Part shown: in pieces, positions 26,301 through 40,629 of the stretch
Layout of the letters: every line of letters starts with the position of its first letter
Position numbering within the stretch: the first letter of the stretch is position 1
Origin: Vicugna vicugna
Lineage: Eukaryota
NCBI GenBank assembly: GCA_013265495.1
Contig: MU058781.1
Span: 7,793,009 to 7,857,008 of the forward strand
Direction: 5' to 3'
DNA length: 64,000 nucleotides
Notes under the pieces: model-generated
Databases searched by the model: none
What the model was told of the DNA's origin: nothing
Seen by the model: only the letters and a program-made list of their open reading frames with translations
Translations under genes and position numbers: made by a program

Positions 26301-27208
26301 AATTACAGATCAATTATCCCCACATAAGCATAAAAATTAGTTCTAACAAATTGCCCGTCCTCCTAGAAGCTGAAGACTGAGACTCTCTGAAAATTCTGAT
26401 GAGAGGAAAGAGGAGAAAGAAAAGAGAAGCCTGGAGATGCCAGCCTCTTCCAAGGCAGGGAGAAGTTGTGGGGTCCATCAAGCGGCACTGATGCTGTGGG
26501 TGCTGAAAATGGTGGTGCAGAGTCGGAAGAGGTGGCAGCAGTAACGCCAAGATAACTCCACTTACTTAGAACTTTCGCTTAGAGTCAGATTTGTCTCAAA
26601 TTGTTTATTTCCTTCTTTTCTTTTAACCATTTTTGCCACTCCACTCTATTCTTCCACGGTCATCCTTAATTATTTGTTTCGGCTGTTCTCCCCGCCCCCT
26701 CCCACCTTTTTTTCTTTCTCTAGATGTGGAAACGAGCAGGAAAATGGTTAGATGTAATAAGCCACAGGAAAAGGAGGTGGGGTTAACGTGAGCCCTCAGC
26801 TAGCTGGCGTAGTGATGGCTCAGTCCTAGAATCTGACTACATTCTTCCCGCATTCTGAAGCTCGTCTCTGTTTAGTTCCTAGACAATCCATCCATATGTG
26901 GTCAGCTCTTCAGTAATTACATTCAGAGGATGGGCTCTGAGACTCATCCAAGAAGGAAAGGGTCATAATGTCTTTGTAGTGTAATTTCTCACCTCAGCTG
27001 TTTATTTGCTCTGAATAAAGTCAGTAGGATTAGAAAGGAAATCACTTACTCTCCCCCAAAGAAACTTTTTCAGCTACAGGACTACGCCTGAGCCCTTGAG
27101 TTTTGACAACAATTAACTTCTCTGTGATCTCCTCTGTTGGTCTGAATCCTCTCCACGGAGAAAAGTAGCTTAAAAAAATTTAAGCAATGGCAAAGCTACT
27201 GCATAGAA

Positions 27209-27424
27209 CAGGTGTGAGCAAATTATAACCTGTGGTCTAAATCTGCCTTCTTGCCTCTTTTTATAAAGTTTTATTGGAACATAAGTATGCTTATTTGTTT
27301 ACATACTGTCTGCGGCCACTCTCACTACAACAGCAGAAGTGGGCAGTGGTAACAGATGATACGGCCTTTGAAGCCAAAAATACTTATTCTCTAGCTCTTT
27401 ACAGAAAAAGCTGGCCAGTTCCTG
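27209..27424 (+). mobile_element. MER58A hAT MITE
   Basis: Runs from caggtgtgagcaaa through 'taaagttttattggaaca' to 'tttacagaaaaagctggccagttcctg'. Confidence 0.85.
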
Positions 27425-29849
27425 ACTGTAGCATTGTATCTTCCAGTATAGCCTTCCTTAAATTTGTATAGTTATTTTCCATCAATCATGCTCAACTGGT
27501 TTCCTGCTAAAAGAATGTATGAATACCATGAGGACTAGCTGAAGCATGGATTAAATAAAAAAACAAATTTCTGAAAGCTCCTCAAAGTTGCATGGAGCAC
27601 CGTCAACCTCGCGATTCTCTTACTCCCTGTGCATTCCGAACAGAGCACAGAGCTTCCAGAAATCCACAGATCTTTAGTGGAGTACTTTCCAAACATCACA
27701 CAAGCTCTAAGTCAGCCTGAAGCAACACATCATTACCATGAGGAAGATTTTAGACTCATGAAACAGTGTAGCAGAGCGAAAGGTATTAGTCACATCCACG
27801 CCACAAAAGGTATTTATAACACCACGTCTATTGGCCCCCACATTTCAAACCTTTTAAACCACTTCAGCTTAGAGTTCATTTCAAATGCACTTTTGACAAA
27901 GGACCAACATCCAAAAGAATTTTTTTAAAACACAAAAATTAGAGAACAATTCAGACTCTCTAAATTAGCATAAATATAGCATCTTGATATCTTTAATTAT
28001 ATTTGGTAGTGCCAGACTTTCTCATTCATTCAATATTTCCTAGGAGCAGTTCCCTAGACCACAATCTGAAATCTTCCCACAAAGCAAAAAAGAGTAATAT
28101 TCTTAAAAATAATATTATTCCTTTATAGAAAATATCAATATTGTGAGCTCCCTTATTTTATAAAACTGAAACGAGGCTGCAGTATTTTGAGTATGAAATA
28201 AAGAAAATTTGGAAAATACTTTCATACTCCAAGTGACCAAATTCTCTAAGGTTTTTAGTCCCATTCATCTGAAGTTTTAGTGCCAAGACTTCACTCAAAA
28301 CAGGCACGGCTGTGTCTGACTCCTTGACTTCTCCTGTCTGTTTTTCACTTGTTTCTAAAGGCTATTTCAGACCAACATTAATGGGTGAGACAGCCCAGAG
28401 TCTATAATTTTTGTACACATTATATGTTGTAGCAAACACAGTGGCAGGCTTAAACATCCAGAACTGCTTAAAATTCTAAGAAACTGATTTAAAATAATTT
28501 ACAAACACTAAGTTTAGAGAACATTCAACTTTTAATTTGATGTGTCTCACGTATCTAAATTTAGCAAACTATAAAACAGCAGTTCCCGCTGGTTCCAAAG
28601 ATGATCTAGTCCAGAGCTGGCTATCTTTCCAAGGTGACATGCCAAATCCTAATGTTCTCGCTCCTTGCCTTAGGAGAGTTTGTTATTAAAGTTTGAGAAG
28701 AATTTTTGTGTTTAAGAACCTCTATTCGATTGGCACAAAGAACTAATTTTGCATGTGGCAGAAACAGGTTCGTGTTGATTTGCAAAGTTCTTGTATGTAT
28801 AGTATCTCATTCATACTGAAGAAGATATCGTTATTTATCTCTTTTTCACAGACATGGAATGTGAGTTCAAAGAGGCTAAGGTACAAGTCCATGCAGCTGG
28901 AAGGATCCAGAATTAGAGTTCAGATCCATGTCCTTGAACTCTGATCAGATCTTGCAAATAGAAAAAAAGGTGATTCGAATTTGAACAGATATCAGAAGTC
29001 AAAAAGCAGGCCAAACAGGCAAGCTGTGTTTATCTGGACTAAATTTTGGGTATAACTATGACAAAGGCAGGTTATACTGTAGATTCAAAACGAGGAAGAA
29101 AGATACATCATAACAATATAAAGACTAGGAAATACAGTAAAAGAGAAGACTCAATAGATGGTGAGGAATCAGGGAACCGTCAGAAGTTGGGAGGAAAAAC
29201 AAAGTTCATGACCAAAAGTCCTAGACAAGAGTCAACGACCAGAAAGTTACAGGAACTGAGAGAGCACGGGAAAGCAGCAGAAAATCTTAGCTCCCTGAGC
29301 CTCCGTTGACTATTTTATTCCAGGGACATCGCTAGGTGCTGAGAACGCATTAACAAAACGCTATCCTAGCTCTTCACAATTTCACAATACTGTAGTAGGA
29401 AAGACAGAGATATAAGCAAGTAATTACCACATGATGTTATAAATCAAAGAGGGAAAGCCATATACAAAGTTCTGTGGCAGCGCGGGGAAGAAATTACATA
29501 GTGGTGCAGCAGCAAGAGATGATCTTAGCAACAGCCTTAGTAAAGCAGAGGCTTTCCTCTCATTCTGCAGAGAAGGCGGTGGCTGGACCAAGGTTTGTGG
29601 AGCAAAATTTGCAAACTCTTGGCTGCTTGTGGACGGAAGTCAACAGGAATAGAGTTGCACCATCATTTCACCAGCTGAGATAGAGTAAGTGAGGATAGCA
29701 CAGAGGTTTAAAGACCCCAAAGACAGAAAGTCAGGTTCCCAGGAACATTCCCCCTGGAGACGGCCTGACAGATGATACAGGAAAGGCTCAAAGACAAGCT
29801 CCTCCCCCTTCACAATTTTGCTTCGGATCAATTCTGGTGCTAATGAATT

Positions 29850-29947
29850 GGGATGACCTTACAATGTACTGACCAAACCCCGGATGGAGAGTGAAATGAA
29901 GACATACTGATAATTATCCAGGGCAACTGGGATACATGGTCATCTTA
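29850..29947 (+). mobile_element. MER94-like hAT-Blackjack MITE
   Basis: TIR-like gggatgacc ... ggtcatctt, with internal 'gagagtgaaa' and 'taattatccagggcaactgggatac'. Confidence 0.55.
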
Positions 29948-30040
29948 CATCTGATCTGACTCTACCTGTGGGAGTGTGGCCAAGCTATCTTTCTGAGCTT
30001 TCATTTAAGTGGGAGTAATAATATCTAACTTCAGAGTTGT

Positions 30041-30205
30041 AAGAGAAAGGGAAGGAGGGAGGGAGAAAGAAGAGAGAGAGAGAGAAAGAGAAAAGAAAAG
30101 GAAGGGAGGGAGGGAGGAAAGAAAGAGAAAGGGAGAAAGAAGGAAGGAAGGAAGGAAGGAAAGAGGGAAAGGAAGAAAGAAAGAGGGGAGGGAGGAAGGA
30201 AGGGA
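30041..30205. repeat. Purine-rich (GA/GGAA) low-complexity tract within a MIR relic
   Basis: About 165 bp of almost only A and G, read directly. Confidence 0.9.
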
Positions 30206-31046
30206 ACTATGTGAAATGCCTGGTTTATTGTAGGCAACTCAACAAATATTATTGATAACTAACTGAAATAAGCTAGGATCTGTCCCAATTCCAACTCTGG
30301 CCTTACATCAATACCCATAAAGTAGAGACAACAAAGTAATCATGACTTTCAGAAGCTTGAGAAATGAGTTGAGGAATATGCCAATGTGAGATTATTCTTC
30401 ACACATGTCTGCCGGCCAGGGGGCAGGAGGGGTTAAACTCCTGTAGGCTTTCTGCAGCAGCGACATAACCCTGTAGGGCTCTGCGCTGAAAATCGAGGTC
30501 ATCTCAAGAGAGTTATCTCAGAGGCAAAGCCAGTCCAAGCAGACACATCACAAAATAGTCTTATGTTCAAGTGAAACACCAAGCAATTTGTCAGTTCTTA
30601 GGTCTGAACATCATGCATGATCCCTTTTTCCGTGTAATCTTTTCTGTCGTCCGTGTTTAGTGTTTAGAACAGCTGTCTGGACAGAGGAGAGCAACTGTTT
30701 CAAAGGAATAGATCTAATGTTTGCTACTCTCCTGTTTTATCAGAGCTGCCAAATAAAAGTTGCAAAATTATAGAGATAAGCAGGCAGAGAGCTCAGCAAA
30801 GACAGGGAAGACGATTATCTTCACTATAGTAGGTGATGATCAGGTACCTGGGAGGGGTTCTAGGGACAAGAGGAAAATGCACTTCTACCTCCTTTTCGAT
30901 GTGTAGGATTTGCATAGCTCAGTTTATAATAACAGCTCTCGGGCAGAAGGTTGGGGGAAATTGGTGATTGTCTCAGTCTGTGGTGGTGCTCCTAAAAACC
31001 CACACTTTCATCCCAAATTTACTATAAACTGACATGCAGGCTTCTC

Positions 31047-31263
<217 letters not shown>

Positions 31264-31427
31264 TGCTGTTACAAGTTCTGCTATTGCACGTCTGTTGACC
31301 TTGAATCCCTTGGTCTCTATTTGCTTCTGCCTAATGGCAACAGTATTTTTCCTACTCTCTAGAATCTGTAGTATAAAGAAAACACACTTAAGAGAAAAAA
31401 ATTACATAAATAAAAATGGTAATAAAC

Positions 31428-31584
31428 CAGAAACTGGTTTCAAGACTGGTTTCTCTCATTTAATAGCTGCATGGTCTTGGACAAATCCCTGTATTTCTCC
31501 AGGCCTTATACTTCTCATCTGTGAAATGAAGAGACTGGATCACGTGGGTCCTAAAATCCCTTCCAATTCTAATGTCCTAGGATT
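31428..31584 (+). mobile_element. MIR3-like SINE
   Basis: Core 'tagctgcatggtcttggacaaatc...ctcatctgtgaaatg' and tail 'cccttccaattctaatgtcctaggatt'. Confidence 0.7.
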
Positions 31585-34500
31585 CGTTCCATCCTTCCGA
31601 AGCCCAGCCCCTCACACTCAGAAAGTGGCACAGAGGTATGCATTGCTTACACCCTGTAGAGATTTTTAAAAAGAAAAGTAAAAGAACACAGCTCTTTACC
31701 CCTAAGATGGCTAGCAGGCCTTTGGGAAACCAGGACTGGGAAGATTTCCTTTTTCAGGGAACAAAAATTTTTCCCTTTTTTGTGGTTCAGAAAGATGTCA
31801 TGTCCCTCTCTTGGGTGAGCACTTAATTTCCAGAATTAGAATGGATTTCAATGAAATGAAACATTTATCACAAGTGATAAAACTCCAATGCATTTGTCAG
31901 AGCTTTAATAATACATGACTATATTTAAAGCAGCCCTATTACCCTGGCAGTGATTTGGTGACATTCTGAACAACCACAGAAAGTTTCCAAAGCAACAAGC
32001 AAACATTTTCACTTTATACCCCGAGGCAAATTTAATGCAAAAAATCCTAATAATAAAAAGGAGAGGAAGCAAAGGTAACCACATATCACTAGGTAAATTT
32101 TAAAAAAAAACTTCAAAAGAAAAAATGTAAAAAATTTAGGCCACACACATTTTGAAGAAATACGAAAGTAATTTCCATTTTGATATAATAACTATAATTT
32201 CAAGGTTTGTAAAGCTATACTCTTTTTTCAGTTTCAATTACCCAGTTGTTGGGAGAAGCCTCCAGAAGCTTTAGCTTGATCTGCTGCTTCTGAGAACCAC
32301 CCCAGAGTCTGCTGAACCGGAAACACCTCGGTGCTGGGGCTTAAGACCTGGGGTTCTTGTCTGGGTATCAGACAACCGACTGGAGGGAAAATCAGACTTA
32401 GTTTCTGATCCGCAAAATAACATGTCTGAACACCCCAAATCCTGTATCTTTAAGTCATTCCAAATAGGTGGGTTGTCTGCCCTTTGCTGAAACAATTATA
32501 ACCTGAGCAGTGCCGGCAACAAGAGCAAGGGGCATCCACAAAACCATGTCCCACAAAGCCCAGCGTCCGGAGTGGGCTGGCTCGGATAGAAAGGGCGTTC
32601 CTAAGCCTAACTCTAATCCTTCAGTTTGGTTGAAGTCCATTTCTGCCCTCAAAGAAGACATAATTGCTAGCCCTCCTTATCTTACGCCAGGGTTCTCCAT
32701 ACATACAAAGACAGTTATTAGTTATGTCTTAGCGTCCCTTCACTTGCTTCTCCTGTCAAGTAGGAAGATTAAAAAAAAAAAAAAGTCACACTTCGCTGCA
32801 CTAGGGATGGAGGGCGGGGAAATTACAGTTTCTAGAAAGACTTTCTATATTCCCAACAGAACATTTTTAGAAATTCCAAACTGAGTCTGGATAAGAAAAC
32901 AAATGAATATCCTAATAAAATGGAAACATGTAACCAAATTGGTAAGAGCATATTAAGATGTAAAATTCTGGTTTCGGTTCATCTGTGCCCCCAGGTTCTG
33001 TTCATGCGAGATACCTCGTGCAGGGCAGCCACCCTGCCGCCTCTGGGACCATCTGTCTGTAGCTCCCTCTTCCTTTCCTGCTATTGCTATTTGTCAACAG
33101 CTGAAAGGCAAGCGAGCACATTTCCCCCAGAAGAAACAAACAAAAGAGAAAACAAAAAAAGAAGCTAATAGCGATCATGACGTTGCTCTCATATCCAAAA
33201 GTTCAAATGTTGCTGTGCCCCTATAATGCTGAGTAGAGGACATCAGTTCCAGGAAAAGAAGAGTGAACTGGTGAAATAATCAGGTCGGAAACAACTCGAA
33301 CCCCAGTCCACACACTAATCCACGGCTTCCCATAGTCCATCTAAGGCAGAGATGACATAGGACAAAAATTTCAAAAATCAAAGAACTGTCCTAAACCTTG
33401 CTGCCAAGAAGAGATCCACCCCCTTTTAGTTAAAATCAATCAAGCAAGCAAACAAAGCTCACTGTCTATACAAAGCAGCAAAGTGAAGAATTCTAAAAGT
33501 TCTATCAAGCAGGAAGCTGAAACTCTCCTAAGTGCCAAGTTGTTGATATTTTTGGATGCTGGAAACACGTGACTACCTGGAAACATAACAATAATGCCAC
33601 CCACAGACCCTAGGGCCGCTGGAGGAGAAGACTGTGCAGAGCCCACAGCGGTGGTGTTTTAAGACACTTTAATAGAATCTACATCATTATGTCATCATAA
33701 GCCTGCAGGACGCCCCTAAGCAAGAGAATAAAGCCTTTGTGTAACAACAAAAGGATCGTACTGTTTCATTCACACAACACCCACATTTGAGTAGCCAGAC
33801 CCTCCAACACCGAAGCTTTTATTAAGATACTTGCCCACAAATTAAAAAGGGACTTGGCAATTCCATCACTAGGAAAGAATGTGATTTCAGCATCACAAGA
33901 GTAAATAAAATAGTAAACCTCATGTTATAAATTGTGCATCTTTCATCTCAAAGGACAATAAATAAAGCATCTTTCATCCCTATGAATCCCAAAGCGGTTA
34001 ACAATTTATAAACTAGCACATGGGAATCGCTTGATTCATCACTGAAAGACATCCTTCCCTGGGATGCGGTGATTTTTTTTTTTTTGATAGCACACACCAA
34101 ACTGTATTGAAAGATGAGAAGCAAGGAAATGCTATACCAATGGCGACTGGAGCTGAGGAGGTAGGAACCTGATTGAAACTCATTCGGAACAGAAGTTATT
34201 CTCTCCCACCGAACTCAAGGAGATGTTCGTGTTGAGACTTTCCAGACATATAGATATAACTCTCCAAAGTCCTTGCTAATGTTCCCAGTTCTTTTCACCT
34301 GAATTATTACAATATGCTTTTCTGAATCAAATACTTGGCACATCATTCACTTATGGACAAACCCTGTCACTCTCCTTTGCCCAGCAGGAAACCCAAACTT
34401 AGAATAGCATCAAGGCTCCTCCAGCATCCAGCTATCCCACCTTACTTTGAGAGAAACACATCGAAATAATTTGACTGACATGACTAACACTGGATGTGAG

Positions 34501-34685
34501 TGTTAGTCCTAGGGAGGAAGTAGATAATATTTGTCCACAAAACACCATTATTTCAATGAGCATATTCAACCCTGGGGAAACCGGATGCTCAGCCAAGTTC
34601 ATATTGGCATACAGAGACAAAGCTGGAATTGGCCCCAGAGGACTTATTCTCAATTAGTGGGAGATTTAAGAGCCATGTTAAAAAT

Positions 34686-34814
34686 AAGGTGACATCTTTT
34701 ATCATTCAAACTGGGACACATATGAGAGTGAAAAAGACACATGCTACTAATATTTTTGCCAAGACAACAAGAGTAACTTGGAACTGTCCAAGGCAGCTAG
34801 ACAATGGCTCCCCA
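34686..34814 (+). mobile_element. MER94-like hAT-Blackjack MITE
   Basis: 'aaggtgacat...tttatcattcaaactgggacac...gagagtgaaa...ctgtccaaggca' matches the recalled MER94 layout. Confidence 0.65.
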
Positions 34815-36949
34815 AGTTAAGGAAACTGTATTAGTATTTCCAGAAGGTTGACATGGGGAGTTGTAAGCAGTTTGGTGAAGTGTGCTTTATATACTTAGAG
34901 CCTTTGTAACAGAGAATCTACAGCTGGTCAACATGTATTTGGCTGGCTTGGCTTCTCCAGAAGACAGAATGAGAAGGCATCACAGGAGTTTTGAACTGTG
35001 AAAAAGTGAACAACACCGCTCTACAGTCAGCTTGGCAAAATTCTCTCTGGGAGCCCCCTGGACTCTGTGAGCTGCACTAGAAGCCACGTGTTCTCATTTC
35101 GGTGAGATAGTCTTTCCCTAAAGAGAGCAGACATATTCAGAAAGAGCAGCTCTCCTCCCAAGCCCCCGTCTTCGGCACTGTATGAACCTCTGGGTGGCTG
35201 GCTGCCAAGGGCTTTACAAAGGTTGCGTTTTCCTTATTCACACATTTGAGATAAAACCTCATGGCTGATGATTACTACCACAGGCCACATTTTCACCTGC
35301 CAAAGATGGCATCTCCTTAATGAACTAGACGTCTCTACACCATGTTCGAGACCCTGAAATCTGTGATGAAATAGGACAAATGTCATGTACTGAACTATTA
35401 GCATCATTATACAAATATGAAAAAGATACATTTTCAAATATACATTTGATGCTGAGATCCTATAATATCAGAATCCAGGGCAGCAGGTTGGCTTGGTTTT
35501 TTAGAAGGGTTTTGTATCATCTTCTCCCAGTCTTCAGCACTGTCTGTGATGGTTTGTTTGTCTCGGCTTTTTTTTTTTTTTTTAACATAAACTCAACTTG
35601 AGCTGCACTTTAAGGCACCTGAAAGTACACAGCTACAGAAAATAAGCTTCCTCCAACTTTCTAAGTCTTAGACTTGGCAAATATTGACAATGTCAGTCCT
35701 GGAAGAGCCTTTACACATGTAAGCATTCAATCAATACACAGACTGATCCTGAGGATGTGATCTAGGGTCAGCTAAAAAGCACAGTGTTGGAGACCAGTGA
35801 GGAGGGAAGACTTGTTCACAGCCCTGATTTCTGAATACACTGCAGCGCTCAGAACAGGGTAGGTGTTCAATAAACATTTGTTGAGTAAGTGTTGAAAGAA
35901 TGCCTATAAATCTTTCTCTTCTCACCATGACTCAAACGTATAAAGGAGAATGATAGCCCTTGGGTAGGAAGGTTGGCCTTCACCATCTCCGCGTGTGCCT
36001 GCCTGGTTCCAGGTGGTGACAAAGCAGCTTGGCTGCCTCTGCTTCAACCTCAAGCTCTCGGTTTTCCTACAGCATTGTTACAGAACTCATCTTTTCTTCA
36101 CACTAAACAGATTCAGGGGCAGATGGGTATCCAAGGTGAAAAACTAAGACTCTGTGCTTGGGAAAGACACAGCTGTAAAGACAAGCCACAGATCAGAGAT
36201 GCCAGGTGATTCCCAATAGTCACCCTTCTCTGAACCTAACTAAGCCACGAATGCAGACTCTGAAATTAAAAGGGATTTTGCTCTTAGACATCGGGCTGGT
36301 CTTTGTAAATGACCCCCAGGCCAGGACCACCACCTGTTCTGCATTACAAAGTCATGCGGCACCCATCCATTCACTTAGAGCTTTTCTTGCTTAAGTGGAA
36401 TGAAACTCAGATCTCTAGGAGGACACAATTGCTCAGTAGCTCCTATTACCCACTAAAAGACAAAGCAACATTAGCTGAGGACAAAGCAGGTGCTTATGTA
36501 TCGGGCATTATTTGGGAACAAGGTGTTTCAGATTTAGGAATTTGCCAAATACATGATTGAAGAAATGGCAGGCTCTACATGCAGACCCAATGCAAGGGAC
36601 CATGGGACTCAAGATCTGGATGAAATCTGTGCAAAAAGAAAGCAGGGGTCATAGAATGTAAAGAAAACTGAATCTTCAAGAATTCCTAAAGAGACTGAGG
36701 GAAATGCTGAGCTTTCCACAACACGCAGAAATCTGAGCAAACACACTGTGATCTCAAATGACGGAGTGACTTCCAGCTTACACTGGAGTTGCAGAAAGTT
36801 GCAAATTTGGGACTAGAATCCGGGTGTTCTCAACCAGTCAGTGGCTCTTTCCAAAAACCATTTTACTCTGCACAAATGTGAAAATGTGCTCTGTAAACTT
36901 GTCCAAGATTGAGAGGAACTGCAGAACGGAACTGTATAAAGGGCATATG

Positions 36950-37330
36950 GACGCGTCCGCTGTCCCTAAGGGCGCACCTTCGGTAACACACAGCGCGGCT
37001 TTCCTCTCCTTCCTCCCGCACGGCCACGGCTAATCAGAACCCTTTCACAGCACGGGCGGCTGAGCAAGAACGACCATTCAGGGCCAAACCCGGCTTGTTT
37101 CCACTTGCCACATGGGTGAGGAGCAGTCGCACTGCCAGCTGCCCCGAGAGTGACTCCATCCGCCCTGCCCCCAACAACCGCCCCAGGCCGTGCCCGGACC
37201 TCTCCAAGCCCAACTGCAGGCCTTCAGAAAGGACCCTGAGGCCCCGCGTTACCTGGCAACGGCGCACCTGCGAGTCAGGTCAGCCAGGCGGTGCTAACCT
37301 GTGTGTTCGGGCTTGCTGGCTCCCAGTGTG
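36950..37330. promoter_or_regulatory. CpG-rich patch with GC boxes and an RFX X-box
   Basis: Many CpGs in an otherwise depleted background, CCGCCC/GGGCGG motifs, and GTTACCTGGCAAC at 37248-37260. Confidence 0.5.
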
Positions 37331-38093
37331 TTCTTGTGCTCCGTTATTACAGCTCACTCCCCCAGCTCAGAGAGAACAGAGCTGATTGTTTCCCTTCTCG
37401 GTTTCCTAGAGACAAGAGATCCTCTGATTAGCTCTCCGTTGAATGCCCAAGAAGGCCAAGGTATACACCATAGCATTAACCTTGAAAGTGTAGCCTTTAA
37501 GAAAGTGCCCAGTTTTATTCTGGGAACTGTATCTCTGCCAGTACAACAGATCCTTAGCTTGGAAAATTAAAGAAGACAACTCTGAATAATAAATGATAAG
37601 CAAAAATTTTAAGTAGGAAAAAATTATTTAACATTAATGCTTTTTTTTTTTTTGGCTTTCATCTCTGTTTCTCTCCAGCCCCTTCCCACCCGAAGGGGTT
37701 CATGGTATCAACATCCCCATGGAGAGCTAATGAGATGGCTCTGGGGCTGGCCTTTCTGACGGTTTCAGCGAGCTGTACTGGGGTCTGACCAGTGGTAACC
37801 TCCAATGTACCCAGAGTTCCTGCTCCTGGCATGGAAACCTGACACTGGCCTCACTTCCTGTCTGCTGACCTCCCTCCTCTAGGACATCACTTTCTGGAAG
37901 CAGAGAAACATCTGTAAAGACAGAAAACTAGCCTGTTACAGTGCCTCCTCCTTCAGTTGCCCCATGGGGAGTAAATCTGGGCAGGGAAGGACCTAGCCAG
38001 ATGCAGATGTCAGTATGCTGCTGGGGCAACCTCAACAAATATTTTGTAAACGTTTCTTCAATCCCTCTTAGTGCATTAAGAAAATGCACTGTG

Positions 38094-38160
38094 AAATATT
38101 GTGCTGTACACCAGAAATTGACATGCTGTAATTGACTGTACAATAAAAAAAAAGGAAAAA
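38094..38160 (+). mobile_element. Extremely 5'-truncated L1 (67 bp)
   Basis: 'tgtgctgtacaccagaaattgaca' is shared with the L1 3' end at 63358-63723. AATAAA and an A-tail follow. The 16-bp TSD is aagaaaatgcactgtg (38078-38093) and aagaaaatgcactatg (38161-38176). Confidence 0.88.
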
Positions 38161-39754
38161 AAGAAAATGCACTATGCTTATTTTTCTACGCACCATACCT
38201 CCATCTCTGTACTTCTAGGCATGGATTAGGCATTAGCAAAAATCTGACTTCCCTTGCCATTCTAGCTTTCTTTTCTTTTTCCTGACATTTTCTGCCAATT
38301 ATTTCTCTTCTATCGGATTCTCTTTACACGTGATTTCTCATCTTATCCCTCTGTTCAACTCTGGCGTCCCTCCCCCCCATCCTTACCCCATTTCTACAGC
38401 CGTTGACTACTTGGCCTGAAAAGAGCCAGGATAGGTGTTTAAGCTTCCATGAAAGGTGTTTTCTGAATCATCCTGTTTGATCAAAAAGCTGGAATGCAAA
38501 GGAAGCCAAAATGTGAAGTAAGCCAGGAGGCCAGTGGCTTCCAAAGACTTTTCAGGATTAGGCCACCCTCACTGTGAAGATGCAAATACTGGCTGCTTTT
38601 GCTCTAAACAGTTTCACTGCTTCGTTGGGGGGGGCATTTCTGAATCACCCTGCTCCCTTAAATCTTTTGTTGTTAAACTTCACCCACAAGAGCATTTGTT
38701 TTCCAGCTACTTTGCAGATAGTGCCTCCAGGTTAAATCCTCACAGGCTTTCAGATGCTAGAACATCAAGGAGAGCTACTCCTCAGAGCTCCTTCGGAAGT
38801 ATCTGAGCACAGTGATGTCAAGGTCAAGGTGGCACTAGGATTCCCTCCTTGGCTTCTTTCCTGCCTTCCCACAAAGACTCATTTTCTTCTAGTCAAGGAA
38901 ACTGCTATGTTGCTCTTGTTGATTTTTTCAAATGTGTTACTTTAAGAAAAAGTGTAGGAATGGAATACCAAACAAGCTGTTTTTTAAGAAAACAAAATCA
39001 CTCCCTTTAGGGTTCTTTTATAATTTACTTTGTGTCCCAATACTGGGATTTTTAGAAACCTCTTTCTCTCTTGCAATCTCACTTGGAAGAAAAAAAAAAA
39101 AACTCCAGCTCTCTTTTCTTTTTTCCCTTGCTGATAGGATTGATTGTGTTTTGCGTTTTCTTGCTTTAATAAGAAACATTTACATGTTTTATGTGCTGTA
39201 TATATATATAAAAGAAGTCATTAGCAGTGCCCAGAGTTAATAGCCTAAGAATGTATAGTATAATATACTGCAGTGTCACTGATAGAGTGAAAAAGATTTA
39301 ACGTAGGACTCAGGGGGAGAAAGTATAAACAGTATGAAACTATTACTACTACAACTAGTTCTGAAAGAGCTTGATGTGAAACCAACCAGAAAATGATCAT
39401 CCCACAGCTATAAATACAAAGCACTAAAAAAGACAAAAGCTCTCCGGCATTGTGAAAAATCCATAAATAAAAAGCACCCTCAAATGCATTTGCCAGCAGA
39501 AGTATTTAGTGTGGTAATAAAGACGAGTATTTGTTTTCGTTATATTAAGCGATTTTTTATGAAATCTGTACAATTAAACACTGCATAAGAACATAAGAAT
39601 TGGGAGTTCCTGTCTGGCCCCTCACTGAGTATAGAATCAGGAAGACGCAGATTCTGCGGCAGCTACATGCCTTCACCCTGTCCGGTCAAGGTTACTTGTC
39701 AAGTCTTGTTAAATGCAAAGTATTCTGTAGTGACAAACTGCCATTCTTTGCATG

Positions 39755-39801
39755 TACACACACACATATATATACACACACACACACACACATCAACACA
39801 C
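39755..39801. repeat. (CA)n(TA)n(CA)n microsatellite
   Basis: Read directly. Confidence 0.85.
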
Positions 39802-40629
39802 AGTACAGAAGAGGGTTCTCTTGTATGGCTTTATACTTTGCACACAAATGTTTAAGCCTAAGCAGAGTAGCATTCTGAGGCAGACACCTGTGCGCCAAAA
39901 GATAATTCTATCAGGCCAATCTTCACATCAAATATATTGAAAGTTAAGAAATGTATCGTCATCTCATTTTACTTTACTGCTCTTCATTAGATTATATAAG
40001 AGTGACTTCCTTAAACCAGTGGTCAACTAAAAGGAAATCACGAGAGTGCTAAGCACTTAGAAACAAAAAGTGGAGAATCAAAAAATAAACGTAACGAACT
40101 ACACATCATCTCATCTTGATTTATCAAGTCAAAGACTTTCAGGTCTCTGCCAGACATTAGGGACTATGGTGTTAATAATAAACCTAATAAGGAAATAATA
40201 ATAAAAACAGTTTTACCTTTTATGTTTTGAACTTTCATGAGTCCAAGTGTCTAAAGTATATGGACCACTTACTTCACTTGGTGGGAGACAGAGGTAACCA
40301 GAGTATCCTAAGGGGCAGGAATGTTGGTCATGAAGACACAGCGACAGAGGCTGGCATAACCTCTGCCTCCATCCCAACATCCTTACAGAAGAATTGTTAA
40401 AACAATGGGTAAGCATGGGGAGGGGCAGGAGGCATGGGAAAGACAACCTGTGTGCAGATTTGGTAGGCCAGATATATGATCTCAAATTTACCTTTTTTTT
40501 TTTAAACACTTTCACTTTCATTTCAACCATTTACTTTACCTCCCTACCCCTTGAGAACATCTGAGTTTGGAATCATTGGTCAGAATTTTCTATTTCCAGT
40601 CTTTACACCCTTTGCTCCTGAATGCCCTT

